This document shows positions 11,880 through 27,892 of a stretch of 64,000 bases of DNA, one piece after another. The position numbers and the translations under genes were made by a program. The DNA comes from Spirogloea muscicola (Eukaryota), in NCBI GenBank assembly GCA_009602725.1, contig WELB01000006.1:812460-876459 (forward strand). The letters are read 5' to 3'. Numbering within the stretch: position 1 is the stretch's first letter; each line of letters begins with the position of its first letter. The notes under the pieces were generated by a model. It had not been told where the DNA came from and did not search any database. It saw only the letters and a list, made by a program, of their open reading frames with translations.

Positions 11880-13865
11880 GAGGTCCTTCGGGAGAGCCAC
11901 GTTTTCTTCCCAAGGGGGCGAGGGCTGTGAAAAGCCAGCCCGAAATGAGTTGACAAGGTCTGAAGGGGACCGAACTGCGCCGAAAGGTCGGGCCAGGGGA
12001 GAGGCTTGACGGCAGCGACTGAATCCATCTGGGAAGAAAATCGTTTGGTTCCCAGCGGATGAGTGAGCTTTTTCACCTTGTCCATTCCCTTGGGCTGGCC
12101 TCTCCCAGCCACCAGTTAATCTGGCCGCGCTTGCTTCTTTTCACGCTCTCGCTGCGGCCTTCGGCTTTCGTCAGGGGATAGTTTTCCGGCAGCTAGTATC
12201 GGATTTGAGGCTCCTCACTCGTAATTACTGATTGGTCAATCCTCCCCCGTTCTGACAGCCTCTTTAGGCCCCTTAGTAGCTGCTTAGCGCTTCTTAGGCC
12301 CCTCCATCATTTGGCCCCTTCGAACCTTTGTCAATTCTTTTTCGGGCTGGCTTCTCACAGCCCTTGCCCCGATTGGGAGTGCCCCTTCTCTCTTTTCACA
12401 GGGGGCGAGGGCTGTGAGAGGCCAGCCTGAAGATAATGGACAAGGTCGTAAGGGGGCGGGGGCATTCGAGTCAAGTAGACTCTTCCAAACGGGGCGAGGG
12501 CTGTGAAAAGTGAGCCCAGAAAGAATGGACAAGGTTCAAAGGGCCGAAAGGTGCTATACCCCGAAAGCCCTTTGCCACCTGAGGCTGCTTAGCAGGGGTT
12601 ACTGAGTGCTTCGTAGCTGCTTCGCTTCTTTTCTGTGCTTGTTGTTCTTCGTACTTCCCCAGGCCCCTTCTCGTCCTTTATACATTCTTTTCTGGGCTGG
12701 CTTTTTCCAGCCCCTATCCTCAATGGGCGAGCCCTTCTCTCTTTGCCAAAGAAGAAGAATGAGCTCTTCCAATGTACGGCAATGGCTGTAAGAGGCCAGC
12801 CCCAAAACCATAAGATTGCTGTGAATTAGAAAATGGAAGAAACAAGGCTTCTCCCCTGCTCCGCCGCTGCCGCGATGCTGCTTCGTGATGTTTGCCTCGG
12901 GCTGGGCCAGTCACAGGCACAACCTGTTTGCAGGAGCTCACTGCCTTCCTGGCTGGCGGGCCGGCGCCAGATCAGACCTGGCTCGTTTACCCTCATTGAC
13001 ACCACCCTGATTGCTGGAGTCAGCCAAGATACAAGAAGTAAGCTCTTCCCAAAAGCTCTTCCAAAAGGAAAATTTTGTGTATTTGAAACAAACGAAGGCC
13101 AAATAGCAAAAGGGGGGAGGGCTGTGGAAAGCCACCCAGAAAGTATAAGATGGAGTAAGGCAGCTTGCCTGCTTAGTGCAATCAATAGCTGCCGTCAGCT
13201 TCCTGAATGCACAGACAGCGCCGTAGACGACTCCGGGATACTTCGCGTGTCGCGCAGCATGTATGACTGTCGGCGGGCGAAACCCCCGGGGGAGTATCAC
13301 TTGCCCCATTAGGAATTCTTCCAGGAGAAAAGAGCTGGTACCTCATTGCCCGCTCAACAACCCCTCCCCTCTCCCGCCTAGAAAAGTAAGCGGTTCCTAG
13401 TTTGGCGAGGGCTGTGAAAGCCAGCCCGAACATGTATGACAAGGTCCGAGGGAGCCGGCCGGCGGCCTCCGCGCAGCAAGGAAGGGAAGGAAAAAGCTTG
13501 TCCCATTTGACAGTTATGGCCCTTGACGTCTGAAGCAGGATAGACTTTCCTCCAAGTCAGGTGGCTGCAGAGGGGCCACAAGGCCCCTCTGCACAAGGCG
13601 ACGTCTTTCCGCCTGCTAGCCATTCAGACTTGCATCTACTGACTAGAGGTTACTGAGAGTCCGCTTGCTGCTGTCTCAGTCCTTAGCACTCCGGCTCCTT
13701 CAGACCTTGTCCATTCCTTTTGGGCTGGCCTCTCCCAGCCACCAGTTAATCTGGCCGCGCTTGCTTCAAGATCAGACGACAGGAGCAGCTCTACTCTACT
13801 TTGTCCATTCCTTTGGGCTGGCCTCTCACAGCCACCAGTCAATCTGGCCGCGCTTTCTTCTTACT
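11880..13865. mobile_element. Dense nested cluster of CRE-like 3' ends (subfamilies A, B, C)
   Basis: More than 10 terminal hairpin motifs. C-terminal remnants LRLLTRNY* (about 12205-12230), LRLLSRGY* (about 12580-12605) and LHLLTRGY* (about 13630-13656), each with its subfamily UTR. Confidence 0.85.
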
Positions 13866-13899
13866 CAGGGCAAGTCTCTGATAAAGCCAGGCTCTGGTA

Positions 13900-14790
13900 A
13901 GTAGCAAGGCGTGTCACGGCCATCAGATAAGAATCGGGTACGAGTCGTATGAGGGCCGCCAATCAGCAAGGATGCCCGCTCATGGGGGTTCGAGAAGCTG
14001 CCCCTGTAGAAATCACGAAAGAAGGAAAGAAGCTCTTGAAAAAGGGGCGTTGCCTGTATATCGCGAGCCAAAACAAATGGAGGGGTAGTGGACATGCCAC
14101 GACCACTAGTTGGCAAGCGCACTCCCAAAACGTTATAATCGGAATGGGTCAGGTAACGACGTGACAGTGGTGAAGGTGCATTTCGACCACGGACGGGACT
14201 GGGTTAGGACACCTGCGGTCCCCCCAAAGTGGAGGTTGCGTAGAAGCCCCCAGGCCTGCTCGGCTGGCGGGCGGCGGCTGGGCGGCAAGCGGAGCGCTGC
14301 GGGCCCGTACGAGTGGTCCACGTCGACGCGGGCGGGCACGCAAACGCGGGTCATGGGCGCCCACATACATACACACACATAAACTCCACATAACATGACA
14401 TCCTCCACATAACTCCATCAAGGACGACCCACGTATATGTGTCTTCCTCGGTGGAGCGCCTTAGGATGTAAATTTCACCGAAAGGGTGGGGAGAAAAGGC
14501 GCGCCGTGCGCACGAAAAGAAGACTGGCCCATGCAAGCCGAAACAATGTACAGCCAAAATTTTATTGACAAAAGTGGGCTACATGATGGAGAGGTTGGAG
14601 AGTAGAGAGCAACCGGGGATCATTTGAAGAGCATAGAGAGCATCGATATCGAAGCTCCGTAGGGTGTAGTCAGCACGGATGACGGACAGACTGGCAAGCA
14701 GGGTTGAGGTTTGCCAGTAGGCAGATGAGGACGAGGGGCTTCACGAAAGCGCACCGAGAAGAGCCCCCAATCGCGCCGCCGCGGGGCCTG
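13900..14790 (-). mobile_element. Highly degenerate LINE-like remnants, possibly an L1/Tx1-type C-terminus, with a D-like 3' tail at about 14490-14585
   Basis: Frameshifted FWEC...HLFWLAIYRQR and VIRADYTLRSF...NLSIM*. The UTR that follows (ctgtacattgtttcggcttgcatgggcc...ggcgcgccttttctc) resembles the subfamily D tail. Confidence 0.3.
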
Positions 14791-15139
14791 TCAGGCGCGC
14801 AAGGGGGGCGGGCCCGCCCGCGCCCGCCCCCCTGCTAGGGGCAGGTGGCCCTCAGCCGCGTCCCGCCCCGAGCGCCGTACCGCTGCGAACCTCCCTCGCC
14901 GCCCACAGAGGCGTGCACGTATATGCCAGCCCCACGCTCGCTGCCCCGCCCCTGTGCCGCCTGCCCCGCCCTTGTGCTCTGCCAGCTGCCCTCGGGCTTC
15001 CCCCCAGCACCACTGTAGCGCGTCCACTGCGGATACTGGCGACTCCTTGGCCCTGCTCAGTCGCTCAACCACCTCTCAACGCCGAGCGCCGGGCCACTCG
15101 CTGGCCACCCAGCACGTCTTGATTGCCTCCGATCATTAA

Positions 15140-16506
15140 TTTCACACCCCCTTCACGGTAGCCGCCCAACCTTCCGTTGTAATGGTCGTGCCACGCATGT
15201 CGTCAACGGCACAGGCCCAGAACGCCGCGTTCCTTCAACCAAAGCAGCCGTGATTGTCTCCTTGTGTGGCAGGCTTTGTAGTCCAGGCGCGAAAGTCATA
15301 TGAACGCACAAATGTGACAGAAGATAGATACGTTGTCCTTTATAGGTAGCATGTTTCGTACGAGAAGAAAGCCGCTAAGACAAGCATTGCATCGTACTTG
15401 TAGCCCGCCCCCCAATATCTGCAAACATGCTTTGAGTGTCAACATGGAGGAGCATCAATGAAGGGCAAGACAGATATGGGAATGTCCCAGTGCCCAGTGG
15501 CTTAATTTACTACCTGAGCGCCTCCAAGTTGAAGATGCGCCGAATCAAGTGACAGCAATTCCCAACCTTTTACCTGCACGTGGCTCAGATCTAGGATTGA
15601 AAAAGCTTGCATTCAGTCTCTTTGAGCACGACATCGTGAAACAATTTGCTGACAACGTGCTTAGCAGCGGGAGGTGGCACAGCACCATACAAGCCTCTAC
15701 ATAGAGCCTGAGCTTGCTCAAGCCGTCATATTCTGCCCTTTCCTGGTAGTCGAGTTGACTCTGGAGGAATTCTCAGACTTGATTGGATTTTGCTTAGCAT
15801 GTGGGGCGTGCTAACTGCTTAGACAGAGGAGATTACGTCCATGTTGATGCGCTTTCATTTACAAGGACTTCTCTTCATGCTGTGAGAAATGGTCTGTAGT
15901 GGCAGAGCATGCATCGGGTAGCCTATCTAATCTCATGTAATCATCTGTCATTGCAGAATTGCCTGAGAGGGGCTTGTGGAAAGCTGTCCACTTTTTTACG
16001 TCAATGCATCTTCTGATGTATGCAGAAGACCAATCAACCTCTACGTTGTCGTTGAACGTACCTGTCAACATGACTTACACATTTCCACTTCGTTGGTCGT
16101 CATGTTGGATCACTCCTAGAGCAGCTCAGCAGGCTCCACACGTTCTTGGCACAGGCATACACAAGAGCAGATGAATACGTCGAGTCCAGAGCACTGACTT
16201 CAAGTGGGACCACTGCTGCGAAGTTGCTGCAGTGCCGGTAAACATACTGTGAAGTGCACCACATTGGGTGAGCCCCTGCGCCGACGGAAGGCTGCAAGCA
16301 ACTCACAGCGCGCCGCTCTCATTGGAAGTGCAGCCGTCAAGCTGGTGTGGTGGTGCCCGCCGTGAGCAAGCCCTTGAGGAGCAACGGCTGTCGAGGTCAA
16401 GCCGCACCTGCAGCATGAGTGAGGCTCGCTGAGGCCCAGCCGCGGGACTGCCGGCCCCCGACGGGGCGTCGGCAATGGCGGCAGCTGCGGGGAGGCTTGC
16501 GGCCAT
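15140..16506 (-). other. Unidentified spliced gene or pseudogene candidate
   Basis: ATG at 16506 (MAASLPAAAA...) after a GC-rich leader, donor CAG|GTGCGG near 16407, several plausible acceptor/donor pairs and repeat-free sequence. No long phase-consistent ORF or domain found. Confidence 0.3.
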
Positions 16507-16582
16507 CCATACCCGCCCTCAACCTTAAGTTCTGACTCACCTCCCGCCGGGGGGGGCCTTCCAGGATGAGTAGCTTTTCTAG

Positions 16583-16732
16583 AGCAAGCGCGGCCAGATT
16601 AACTGGTGGCTGGGAGAGGCCAGCCCAAAAGAATGGACAAGGTCTGAAGGAGTCGGAGTGCTAAGGACTGAGACAGCAGTAAGCGAACTCTCAGTAACCT
16701 CTCGTCAGTACATGCAAATCTGAGTAGCTAGC
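16583..16732 (-). mobile_element. Young 150-bp 5'-truncated subfamily A copy with a perfect 11-bp TSD
   Basis: AGCTTTTCTAG at 16572-16582 and 16733-16743. Differs from the 3' end of the 26624-27888 copy at only about 2 positions. Confidence 0.9.
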
Positions 16733-17082
16733 AGCTTTTCTAGCCGTAGTCTCTTGCATAGCTATGTGCTCTTGGCGCCTTGCGGCCCTTTGGACATTGT
16801 CCACATATTTTCTGGGCTGGCTGTTCACCCCTTCTGCTTTTGGCCCCTTCGTAAATTGGCCCCTTCGAACCTTGTCAATCTTTTCGGGCTGGCTTCTCGC
16901 AGCCCTTCCCCCATTGGGAGGGCCACCTCCTTTCACAGCCCTCGCCCTTTTTTTAGTGAAAAGAAGAAGTGAGCTCTTCCAAATGGGGCGAGGCTGTGAA
17001 AGAAGAAGTGGCTCTCCCAAAGAAACGGATGCTTCTAGGACAGGGCGATGGCTATGCGCTTCCCCTGTGCAGTCCATCCAGC

Positions 17083-17716
17083 ATGCCGGATGGACTGCAC
17101 ACTCGCCGTGTGGACCTGGTGGCGTCCGCGCCGGGCGGCGGCCCGCGCGTCAACGCCGATGTTATCACCACCGATGTGGTGGATCGCGCCAATCCGGGGC
17201 TTTCTGCCTCGAGGGCTGGCCATGCAGCGGCGAACGCCGCTCGCTGCAAGGCGGCCAAATTCGCAAACCACACGGCTGAGGACGAGTTCGTAACCCTGGC
17301 CGTGGATGTGCTCGGGGCTCTCGGGTCCCAGTGGCTCGACCTGCTGGCCAGGCTTGCGCGGCGCGCTGTGTCCCGCAGGCGAGGTGAGCCGGCTGACTTC
17401 GCCGCTGGCTCGTGGGCCCAAGTCTATCGCATGCGTTTGTCAATCTCCCCTCAGCGGTCCTTGGCCCACGCCTTGCATTTGCGTGCTGCCCGTGCTCTCG
17501 CTGCAGCCGCTGGCTTTCGTCAGGGGGATAGTTTTCCGGCAGCTAGTCTGTTGGACTTAAGGTTCCTCACTCGTAGGTACTGAGTGGTCCATCCTCCACC
17601 CGTTCTGCCATAGCAATTTCAGGCCCCTCCGTCATTGTGGCCCCTTCGCACCTTTGTCAATTCTTTTCGGGCTGGCTTTTCACAGCCCTTGCCCTCATCG
17701 GGAGAGCCACTTTCTT
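17083..17716 (+). mobile_element. CRE-like subfamily B, RLE domain plus 3' UTR
   Basis: HTRRVDLVASAPGGGPRVNADVITTD...KAAKF..DEFVTLAVDVLGALG...DLRFLTRRY* (stop at 17583), then the UTR with the terminal hairpin and gggagagccactt. Confidence 0.9.
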
Positions 17717-17984
17717 CCCCTGGCCCCTTCGAACTTTGCTCATTCTTTTTGGGCTGGCGTCTCGCAGCCCATTTCCTCTATGGGCGAGCACTTTTTCTTC
17801 TGCTGTGAGAGGCCAGCTCAGAAAGAAGAATGAACAGAGATCAAAAGGGCCAGAGAAGCGCTAAAGCACAGTGGGGCCAGGGCCAGCCCCGAAAAGAGTT
17901 GACGAGGTGCGAAGGGGCCAAAAGCGCTGTGAAAAGCCAGCCCAGATAGAATTGACAGGGTTCAAGAGGGGAAATTTCGTGTAC

Positions 17985-18870
17985 TTGACACAAAGGCAGG
18001 CCAAATGGCCAAGTACAAAGGCAAGCACATCTTAAGACTTACATAACCTACTGTAGATTGACCCGCTCAGTAACCACGGGTCAAAACATGAAGGCCCCTC
18101 GCCGTTTCATAGCCATCGCTTCTCTACTGGAAGCGTCTTCCCCTTCTTGTCGTGCTTCTGTGGGCTGGCCCCCGATGCCTGAATACTAGATGGCAGATAC
18201 GAAGCCCTTCTGCCACCAACTAGAGCTCGCCCAGCTTTCTGGTGCAAAGCATTAGCCTGAGCACGCTGCAAACAGGCCGAAACTCGTCGTCGCAAGAACG
18301 ACTGATATGAAGCTGGCAAGCCCATCTCAGCCGGGAACACATCTGCATGTCGTGTAGCCTAGACTGGCTATGTTTTGAAGGAGCCTAAAGAAACGAGGAC
18401 CTAAGCAGCCAAAGATGTCGAGTGCCGCTAGCAGGAGCTGATCAAATTGGGGGTAATAGGAGTAGTGCTGCAACTTCTTTGTCCAGCCATGCCCACTGCG
18501 TGGCCAGCGATGTGTGTCGATGCTGGACCCTTATAGGCCTTCGTAAGCACAACATCGACCAAGGCCCGTGGTCCTCCACCAGGTTGCACGCCCACAATGT
18601 CAAGTGTGCGGCGATGATGACGTCCCTGGGCATCCGTGGTAATAGGCATGATGTTGTTCACTTCCACGACCGCACGGTACCCGGCGTCGCGCATCAAACC
18701 CGCCAGGGCATCATGGAGGAGGTTGTGGATGCCCACCACTTCTGGTCCAGTGGGGCATCGCAGCATGTGAGTGGCGAGCTCAGCACCCCCTGCACGGAAG
18801 CCGCACTCACACTGGCGCACCCCAATCAGGCAGTTAGGTGAGAGGCCGAGGGGGGAGCGTGCCCCCGAAT
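17985..18870 (-). mobile_element. Divergent CRE-like copy (zinc knuckle and RLE) with a subfamily E-type 3' end
   Basis: CECG...HMLRC...HNLLHDALA...RRTLDIVG...ALVDVVLT; LQRAQANALHQKAGRAL; LHVLTRGY* near 18066-18092 followed by the E UTR. Confidence 0.85.
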
Positions 18871-18904
18871 GGAGTGTGTATCAAGAGATGGAGGGCCTGT
18901 GTGG

Positions 18905-19475
18905 TCGACCGCTCCAATCCGGGGCTTTCGGCCTCGCGGGCTGGCCACGCTGCGGCGAAGGCCGCTCGGCATGGCGGCCAAACACGCCGACCACCCGGCT
19001 GCAGAAGAGTTCGTCCCCCTGGCTGTGGACGTGCACGGGGCTCTCGTATCCCAGTGGCTCGACCTGCTGGCCAGGCTTGCGCGGCGCGCTGTGTCCCGCA
19101 GGCGCGGTGAGCCGGCTTGACTTCAACGCCGCTGGCTCGTGGGCTCAGGTGTACCGTATGCGATTGTCCATCTCCCTTCAGCGGTCCATGGCCCACGCCT
19201 TGCATCTGCGTGCTGGCCGTGCTCTCGCTGCGGCCTCCGGCTTTCGTCAGGGGGATAGTTTTCCGGCAGCTAGTCTGTCGGATTTGAGGCTCCTCACCCG
19301 TAACTACTGAGTGGTCCATCCTCCCCCGTTCTGCCATAGCCTCTCAGGTCCCTTAGTAGCTGCTTAGCTCGTAGTTTGGAACCTTCGCACCTTGTCAATT
19401 CTTTTCGGGCTGGCTTCTCACAGCCCTTGCCCCCCTTGGGAGAGAAGTGCGCGCCCATTGGGAGAGCCACTTCTT
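18905..19475 (+). mobile_element. Subfamily B copy inserted into an antisense subfamily E UTR, with an 8-bp TSD
   Basis: EEFVPLAVDVHGAL...SDLRLLTRNY* (stop at 19310). CTGTGTGG at 18897-18904 and 19476-19483; rejoining the flanks restores the E motif gatggagggcctgtgtggccaagtacaaaggcaagcac. Confidence 0.88.
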
Positions 19476-19958
19476 CTGTGTGGCCAAGTACAAAGGCAAG
19501 CACGATGACAATGTACATCACCTGCCGGATGAATGGGGGAGCGCCGGAAGCCGTGGCGCGCTCGTCCACGCGGCGCATCCTCTGCGGCCCTGCCGCGCTG
19601 GCCGGGACCCCCCCGCCCGCCGCCGCCACGTGGCCACAAGTGCCCGGCTCCCGGGTTGACCCTCTTGCCATCAATCAGACTGGCATTTTTCGTCGGGGGG
19701 GGATTGTTTTCCGCCAATCGAAGTCTGTCGGCTTTGAGGCCCCTCACTCGTTGTTACCGAGGAATTCATCCATCCTAGTTTTAGAGCTAGCGCCTCTGGC
19801 CCCTTCGTAATTTGGCCCCTTCGAGCCTTGTCTTCTCTTTCGGGCTGGCTTCTCACAAACCTTGTGTTTTTTCACAGCCGCTCTTTTAATATCAGCAGCC
19901 GCTTCCCAACCTTGTCCCCTTTCCGCCCCAGTTCCACCCTCACTCCCGCCACCCTCGC

Positions 19959-19961
<3 letters not shown>

Positions 19962-19996
<35 letters not shown>

Positions 19997-20005
19997 AGCC
20001 GCCGC
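19962..20005. repeat. (GCC)n microsatellite in the SARAF leader
   Basis: Tandem GCC run seen directly. Confidence 0.9.
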
Positions 20006-20162
20006 TTGCGGCTGTCGCCGCAGGAAGGGCGGGCGCCCGTCCCCTCCCGCCCTCCCTGGCTGCCGCCAAGCCCTGCCGCCGCCGCTGAGCGGGGCAACTC
20101 GGACCGCAGACGCTCCACTTGGCTATCAGCACCAGCGCCCGCGCGAGCGCCCGCAAGCCGCA

Positions 20163-22382
20163 ATGGCGGCGGCGGGCCTGCTGTGCGCCTGCCTGCTCTT
20201 GGCCGGCGCCGCGGCCCAGGGCGTGGGCGGCCACGCCTACGGCCGGTCCGTGGACCTCGCGCGCGTCCAGGCGCTCACCTTCCGCGACGGCAAGTGGACC
20301 GAGGCGCGGCGCACGCGGAGCATCCCGCAGCTCAAGTGCGTGGGCGGCTGCGAGTATCGGCCCGGTGAGCAGCGGTGACCTCAACAACTGCAGCCCTGCA
20401 CCTAGGGACTGGCAGGGGATCTGCCGCCTGCCTTTGGCTTCCCCACTCTGGCTGGTGCTGCCTGCCCTCTGCAGTGCCTTGCATGCCTGCTGCTAGTTGC
20501 TTGAGCCTTGCAAGTGAAGCGGAGTCATTTGATTTGGTCATTCAATTTGGCCGTCAAGAACACCTGAATAATTTCCGGGACATCCACACAATCATGGTAG
20601 CTGAACAGTTGGTTAGTTAGCCTCCGACACTTATGGTGATTAGGCTTGGCTCCCCAGATCGGGCTGAAGCACTGCCACTGTACATTACTGTCCACTTCTG
20701 CCTTCCTTGACACTGACGATACCCATATTGCTTCCGTGTGCAGATGTTGTTCAGTGTGTCAATGTGGGCTCTGACGGTTTTGACGTCCAGTGGCGCTGTG
20801 AAGCGGACTTGCCCACTGGCTTGCGCTTTGGGGCAACGGAGGTTGTCTGTGAGGTAATATGTCGCAGATTTCTGATGACTCCTTTGCTAGTACAGTATTC
20901 GAGGTGCAAGATTGCGTTCAGGCCCTTCGCTTCCTTGAACTTCAGAGATTGTTGACTTGCAAGTGGTGGAGTAGTGAGCATTATCTGCTCATGTGTCTAG
21001 GTTTGAAGTCAGAGTTTCAGCTGAACCCTACATGCATAAACTTCTTCTATTTCTTAATCAGAAGCTTGTTTTTCGGCACACTTGATGTTGACATGCAGGG
21101 CTATGACTCCTCAGCTGACAGGATGGTGTTGGAGGGCAGCTGTGGCTTGGAGTACTCTTTGAAACGAGTCTCAGGTAGATATCAATCTGCTCCGTGATAT
21201 GCTGGCTTGTGGTAGACGATTGACAATTTTCTTGTCAATTAGGGTCGAAAGGCGAAGCGATGTTCTCAGCTCGCTGGATCAGCCAGACGCTGAGGTGTAA
21301 TAGTAATGCAATCTGCTGTGCCCTGCAGGGGCATCGCGTGGTGGATATGTGCCACCTCGTGGGCAGGTACTTTTGCAATGCCAACGTGGCCACCAATGAG
21401 CCCGGACAATGTGTGTGGCATGCAAACCAGCCTGCCTTTGAAGGTGGTTGTGCGAGCTGTGCTGCTGATTCTTGTGACTTGCTCCATCTGCTCCTTGGGT
21501 AGGGAACAAAGAAGCTGAAGAGGTGGAACCTTGGCCAGTGGGCGATGCTGGCCTTCCTCTGCTACATTTTGTACTCCATCCTGAGGTCATATGTACCATA
21601 TTACTTCAGATGTAAGTCCTTATCCTCCTTCATTATTGACTATCTGCATCAAGTACTTCTGAAGGTAGCCAATTGCGTAGTAATAGGACGACACAAGTTT
21701 TGACATTCCTTGGAGTTGCTGCCCTCTGTGCAAATATCGCAGCAAACAGAGGCAGGCCCGGCGGCAGACCAACATTCGGAAGTTGGGGTGGTTTTCGGAA
21801 TAGGGGCACCAATTGGGGTAGCAGTGATTATCCTCCGCCTGACCACCGGCCACCACCCTCTGGCTCTCATGGACCTGACGGCAGCACTGGATCCTTCGGA
21901 GGTGGCTACCCTGGCGTTTATGGGTGAGTTCAGTTGACCAACAGTGCATAGTCAAGTTCCGGGAGCAAGGAGGCCCCTCTCTGCTTTGCAAATTTGATGG
22001 CTGAGGTGCTGGTGCTATGTCTTGCCTTGTACCATGCAGGGCGGGTCCATCACAGAAGATGGGCACTTCCACGACCACCAATACCGGAGGCGGTCTATTT
22101 GGTGGATGGGGTCGCACGGCAGCCGGCTTTGGCTTAGGTTACTTCTTGGGAAACTTTGGCGGGGCTGGGAGGACAGCGCAAACTCAAGCTGGACCACGGG
22201 AGGCCAGGAATGCAGGAAGCTTCTGGGGGGCAGGGCGTACAAATTCGTGGGCCCGGGGAAGAGATCCTCGACAGTGGAGTGCAGGCACTAGCACTACTTC
22301 CGCGGAAGAAAGGCCAAAGAGTGAAGGTTTTGGAGGAGAGACGCGCACAGCTACTGCTTATGCAAGTACTCGGAGGCGGTAG
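20163..22382 (+). CDS. SARAF: SARAF/TMEM66 homologue (store-operated calcium entry-associated regulatory factor, DUF1183); multi-exon
   Basis: Signal peptide, then VQALTF..GKWTEARR..SIPQLKCVGG..P|DVVQCVNVGSDGFDVQWRCEADLP..LRFG..EVVCE|GYDS..D..VLEGSCGLEYSL. Single TM (WAMLAFLCYILYSIL), Gly-rich tail with GFGLGYFLG, and C-terminal TRTATAYASTRRR*. Confidence 0.92.
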
Positions 22383-22757
22383 TATGCAGCAATCAATTTG
22401 CCATGTTGAGGCCTTCGGACCTAGGCACACTGGCATTCATACTGTTGTTTCCGCGAGATAGTCAAACTTGTGCAATCAGTATTGCACAGCACTCTACTCT
22501 CTGGTGTATATATATGCAGTATTAGCAAAATCACTTCTCATCAGTACTGCTTCTCGAACCTTGGCAGCTACTGTATCCTGCAATGGCAGGCCCTATATTG
22601 CAGATGGTCAACTCAATTGCACGTTTTCTGTCTGCAGCTATGATGTAAAAGGGTCAAGCTAGAATGCACCTGGAGAGTACAAGAGACTAAGGGTGTACAC
22701 AGTGCAAGGGTCGCCACAATCTGCTGGCCTACATGTTGTCTAATAAGGCTAGCAATG

Positions 22758-26428
<3,671 letters not shown>

Positions 26429-26623
26429 CTAAGAGAATGCGGCTGCTGAGAAGGGAGGCCCTTGCGACGACAGCATGAGCTCGTCGGAGAACAGGGCGCC
26501 TGAAAAGAAGCAAGCGCGGCCAGTTTCCCTGGTGGCTGGGAGAGGCCAGCCCAAAAGGAATGGACAAGGGCGAAAGCTCGAAAGCTAAAGCTAAAGCACA
26601 CATGGAATCAAGCAGCTACGAAA

Positions 26624-27888
26624 GAGAGCAAGCGCGGCCAGTTTAACTGGTGGCTGGGAGAGGCCAGCCCATAAGAATGGACAAGGTCTGAAGGAGTCGG
26701 AGTGCTAAGGACTGAGACAGCAGTAAGCGAACTCTCAGTAACCTCTCGTCAGTACATGCAAATCTGAGTAGCTAGCAGGCGGAAAGACGTCGCCCTGACG
26801 GAAGCCGGAGGCCGCCGCCAGAGCGCGGCCTGCGCGCAAGTGGACCGCAAAAGCTAGGGACCGCTGCAAAGAGACGGCCAGGCGCATCCGGTAAACTTGG
26901 GCGACGGACCCGGCGACATGGAAGCCAGGCTGCTCGCCTTGCTGCCCGTCGCGGCGGGCCGCTGCTCGCCGCGCAAGGCGGTGAAGGAGGTCCAGCCATT
27001 TGGCGCCAAAGGCGCCGTGTACGTCGACGGCGCGTGGGATAAACTCGTCGCCTACAGGGTGATCTGAGTACTTGCGCTCCTTTGCGGCGGCCGCTTGGCG
27101 GACGGCGTAGCCCGCCTCCTCCGCCGAGCGTGTTGCGCTCCTGGAATCCAAGAAGTCCGTTGTGACGACGTCGGCAATGAGCCGAGGCCCCCCGCCGAGC
27201 GCGCTAGCGACGAGATCGGCGCGCCGGGTGTGGAGGCGGCCGTCCGCCCCAGCAGTCAGAGGCATGATGCTGGAGTTCTCCAGCGCCACAGTGTAACCGG
27301 CTTCGACAAATATGCCAAACATCGCGTTCCGGAGCAGGTCGTGTGTGCCGGTCCGCTCCCCTCCCCGTGCGCATCGGAGCATGTGAGCTGCCAGTGACGC
27401 CGCGTCCGGGCTGCGCTCGCCGCACTCGCACTGTTGTACTCCACCTAGGCATGGTGGGTGGAGGCCGAGGAGGCGGTGCACCGCCGTTCGGAATGCGGCG
27501 TCCGGCATCCGGAGCGCGTCGTGGATCGGCAGAGCCGACAGCCAAGCAGCCGCCCCTGGTGAGGACGCCGAGAGCAGTCGCGCGCGCCCCCGGAGGTCGG
27601 CTGGAGGCAAAAGCCCCAGCGCCGTGGAGAAAGACGCCGCATCTACCTCCGCCATGCAGCGAGCTTGGGCCCGCAGGTCGGCCGTGCGCGCGAGGTGAGC
27701 GAACGGGACGGCCCGTGGCACCAGGGCGGGATGATCCGCAAGCAGCTCATCCCGGGCTGAGCGAAGAGCCGTCTGGAAAGGCAGCGTGCCAGTCTCCACG
27801 TCCGCGGCCGCCTGCTCCAGGAGGCGACCCCCATGCCGGATGAAACGCTGAGCCACCGAAGCCGCAACCTGCGCCCAACTCCCCAGGG
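26624..27888 (-). mobile_element. Longest and least-mutated CRE-like (RLE-type) non-LTR copy, subfamily A; 5'-truncated in the RT thumb, open ORF 26735..27856
   Basis: LGSWAQVA thumb end, RARLLSASSPGAAAWLSALP, CCHC (CECG...HMLRC), THDLLRN (RHD-like) and PD-(D/E)xK RLE (RRADLV..IADVVTTD..KERKY..FIP.AVDVHG.FG). About 110-nt UTR ending ctggccgcgcttgct. Sits inside a subfamily C UTR (aagcagctacgaaa | gaaaatactcagtaacc). Confidence 0.93.
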
Positions 27889-27892
27889 AAAA

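Noticed and set aside
10499..11930. Long ORFs across or next to the N gap (also 54395..55669)
   Set aside because: Artefacts of N runs and extreme GC content, with no domains.
11880..13865. CRISPR-like array of the recurring GGGCTGG...CAGCC motif
   Set aside because: Irregular spacing, mixed orientation, degenerate copies, eukaryotic context and no cas genes.
17665..17716. Histone-type stem-loop plus downstream purine element
   Set aside because: Stem and loop geometry differ from the 6-bp/4-nt histone stem-loop, and the purine element is retained in integrated copies rather than cleaved off.
19300..19475. Selenocysteine or read-through at the conserved TAC-TGA followed by a hairpin
   Set aside because: No SECIS core, and several copies use TAA or extend past the Tyr.
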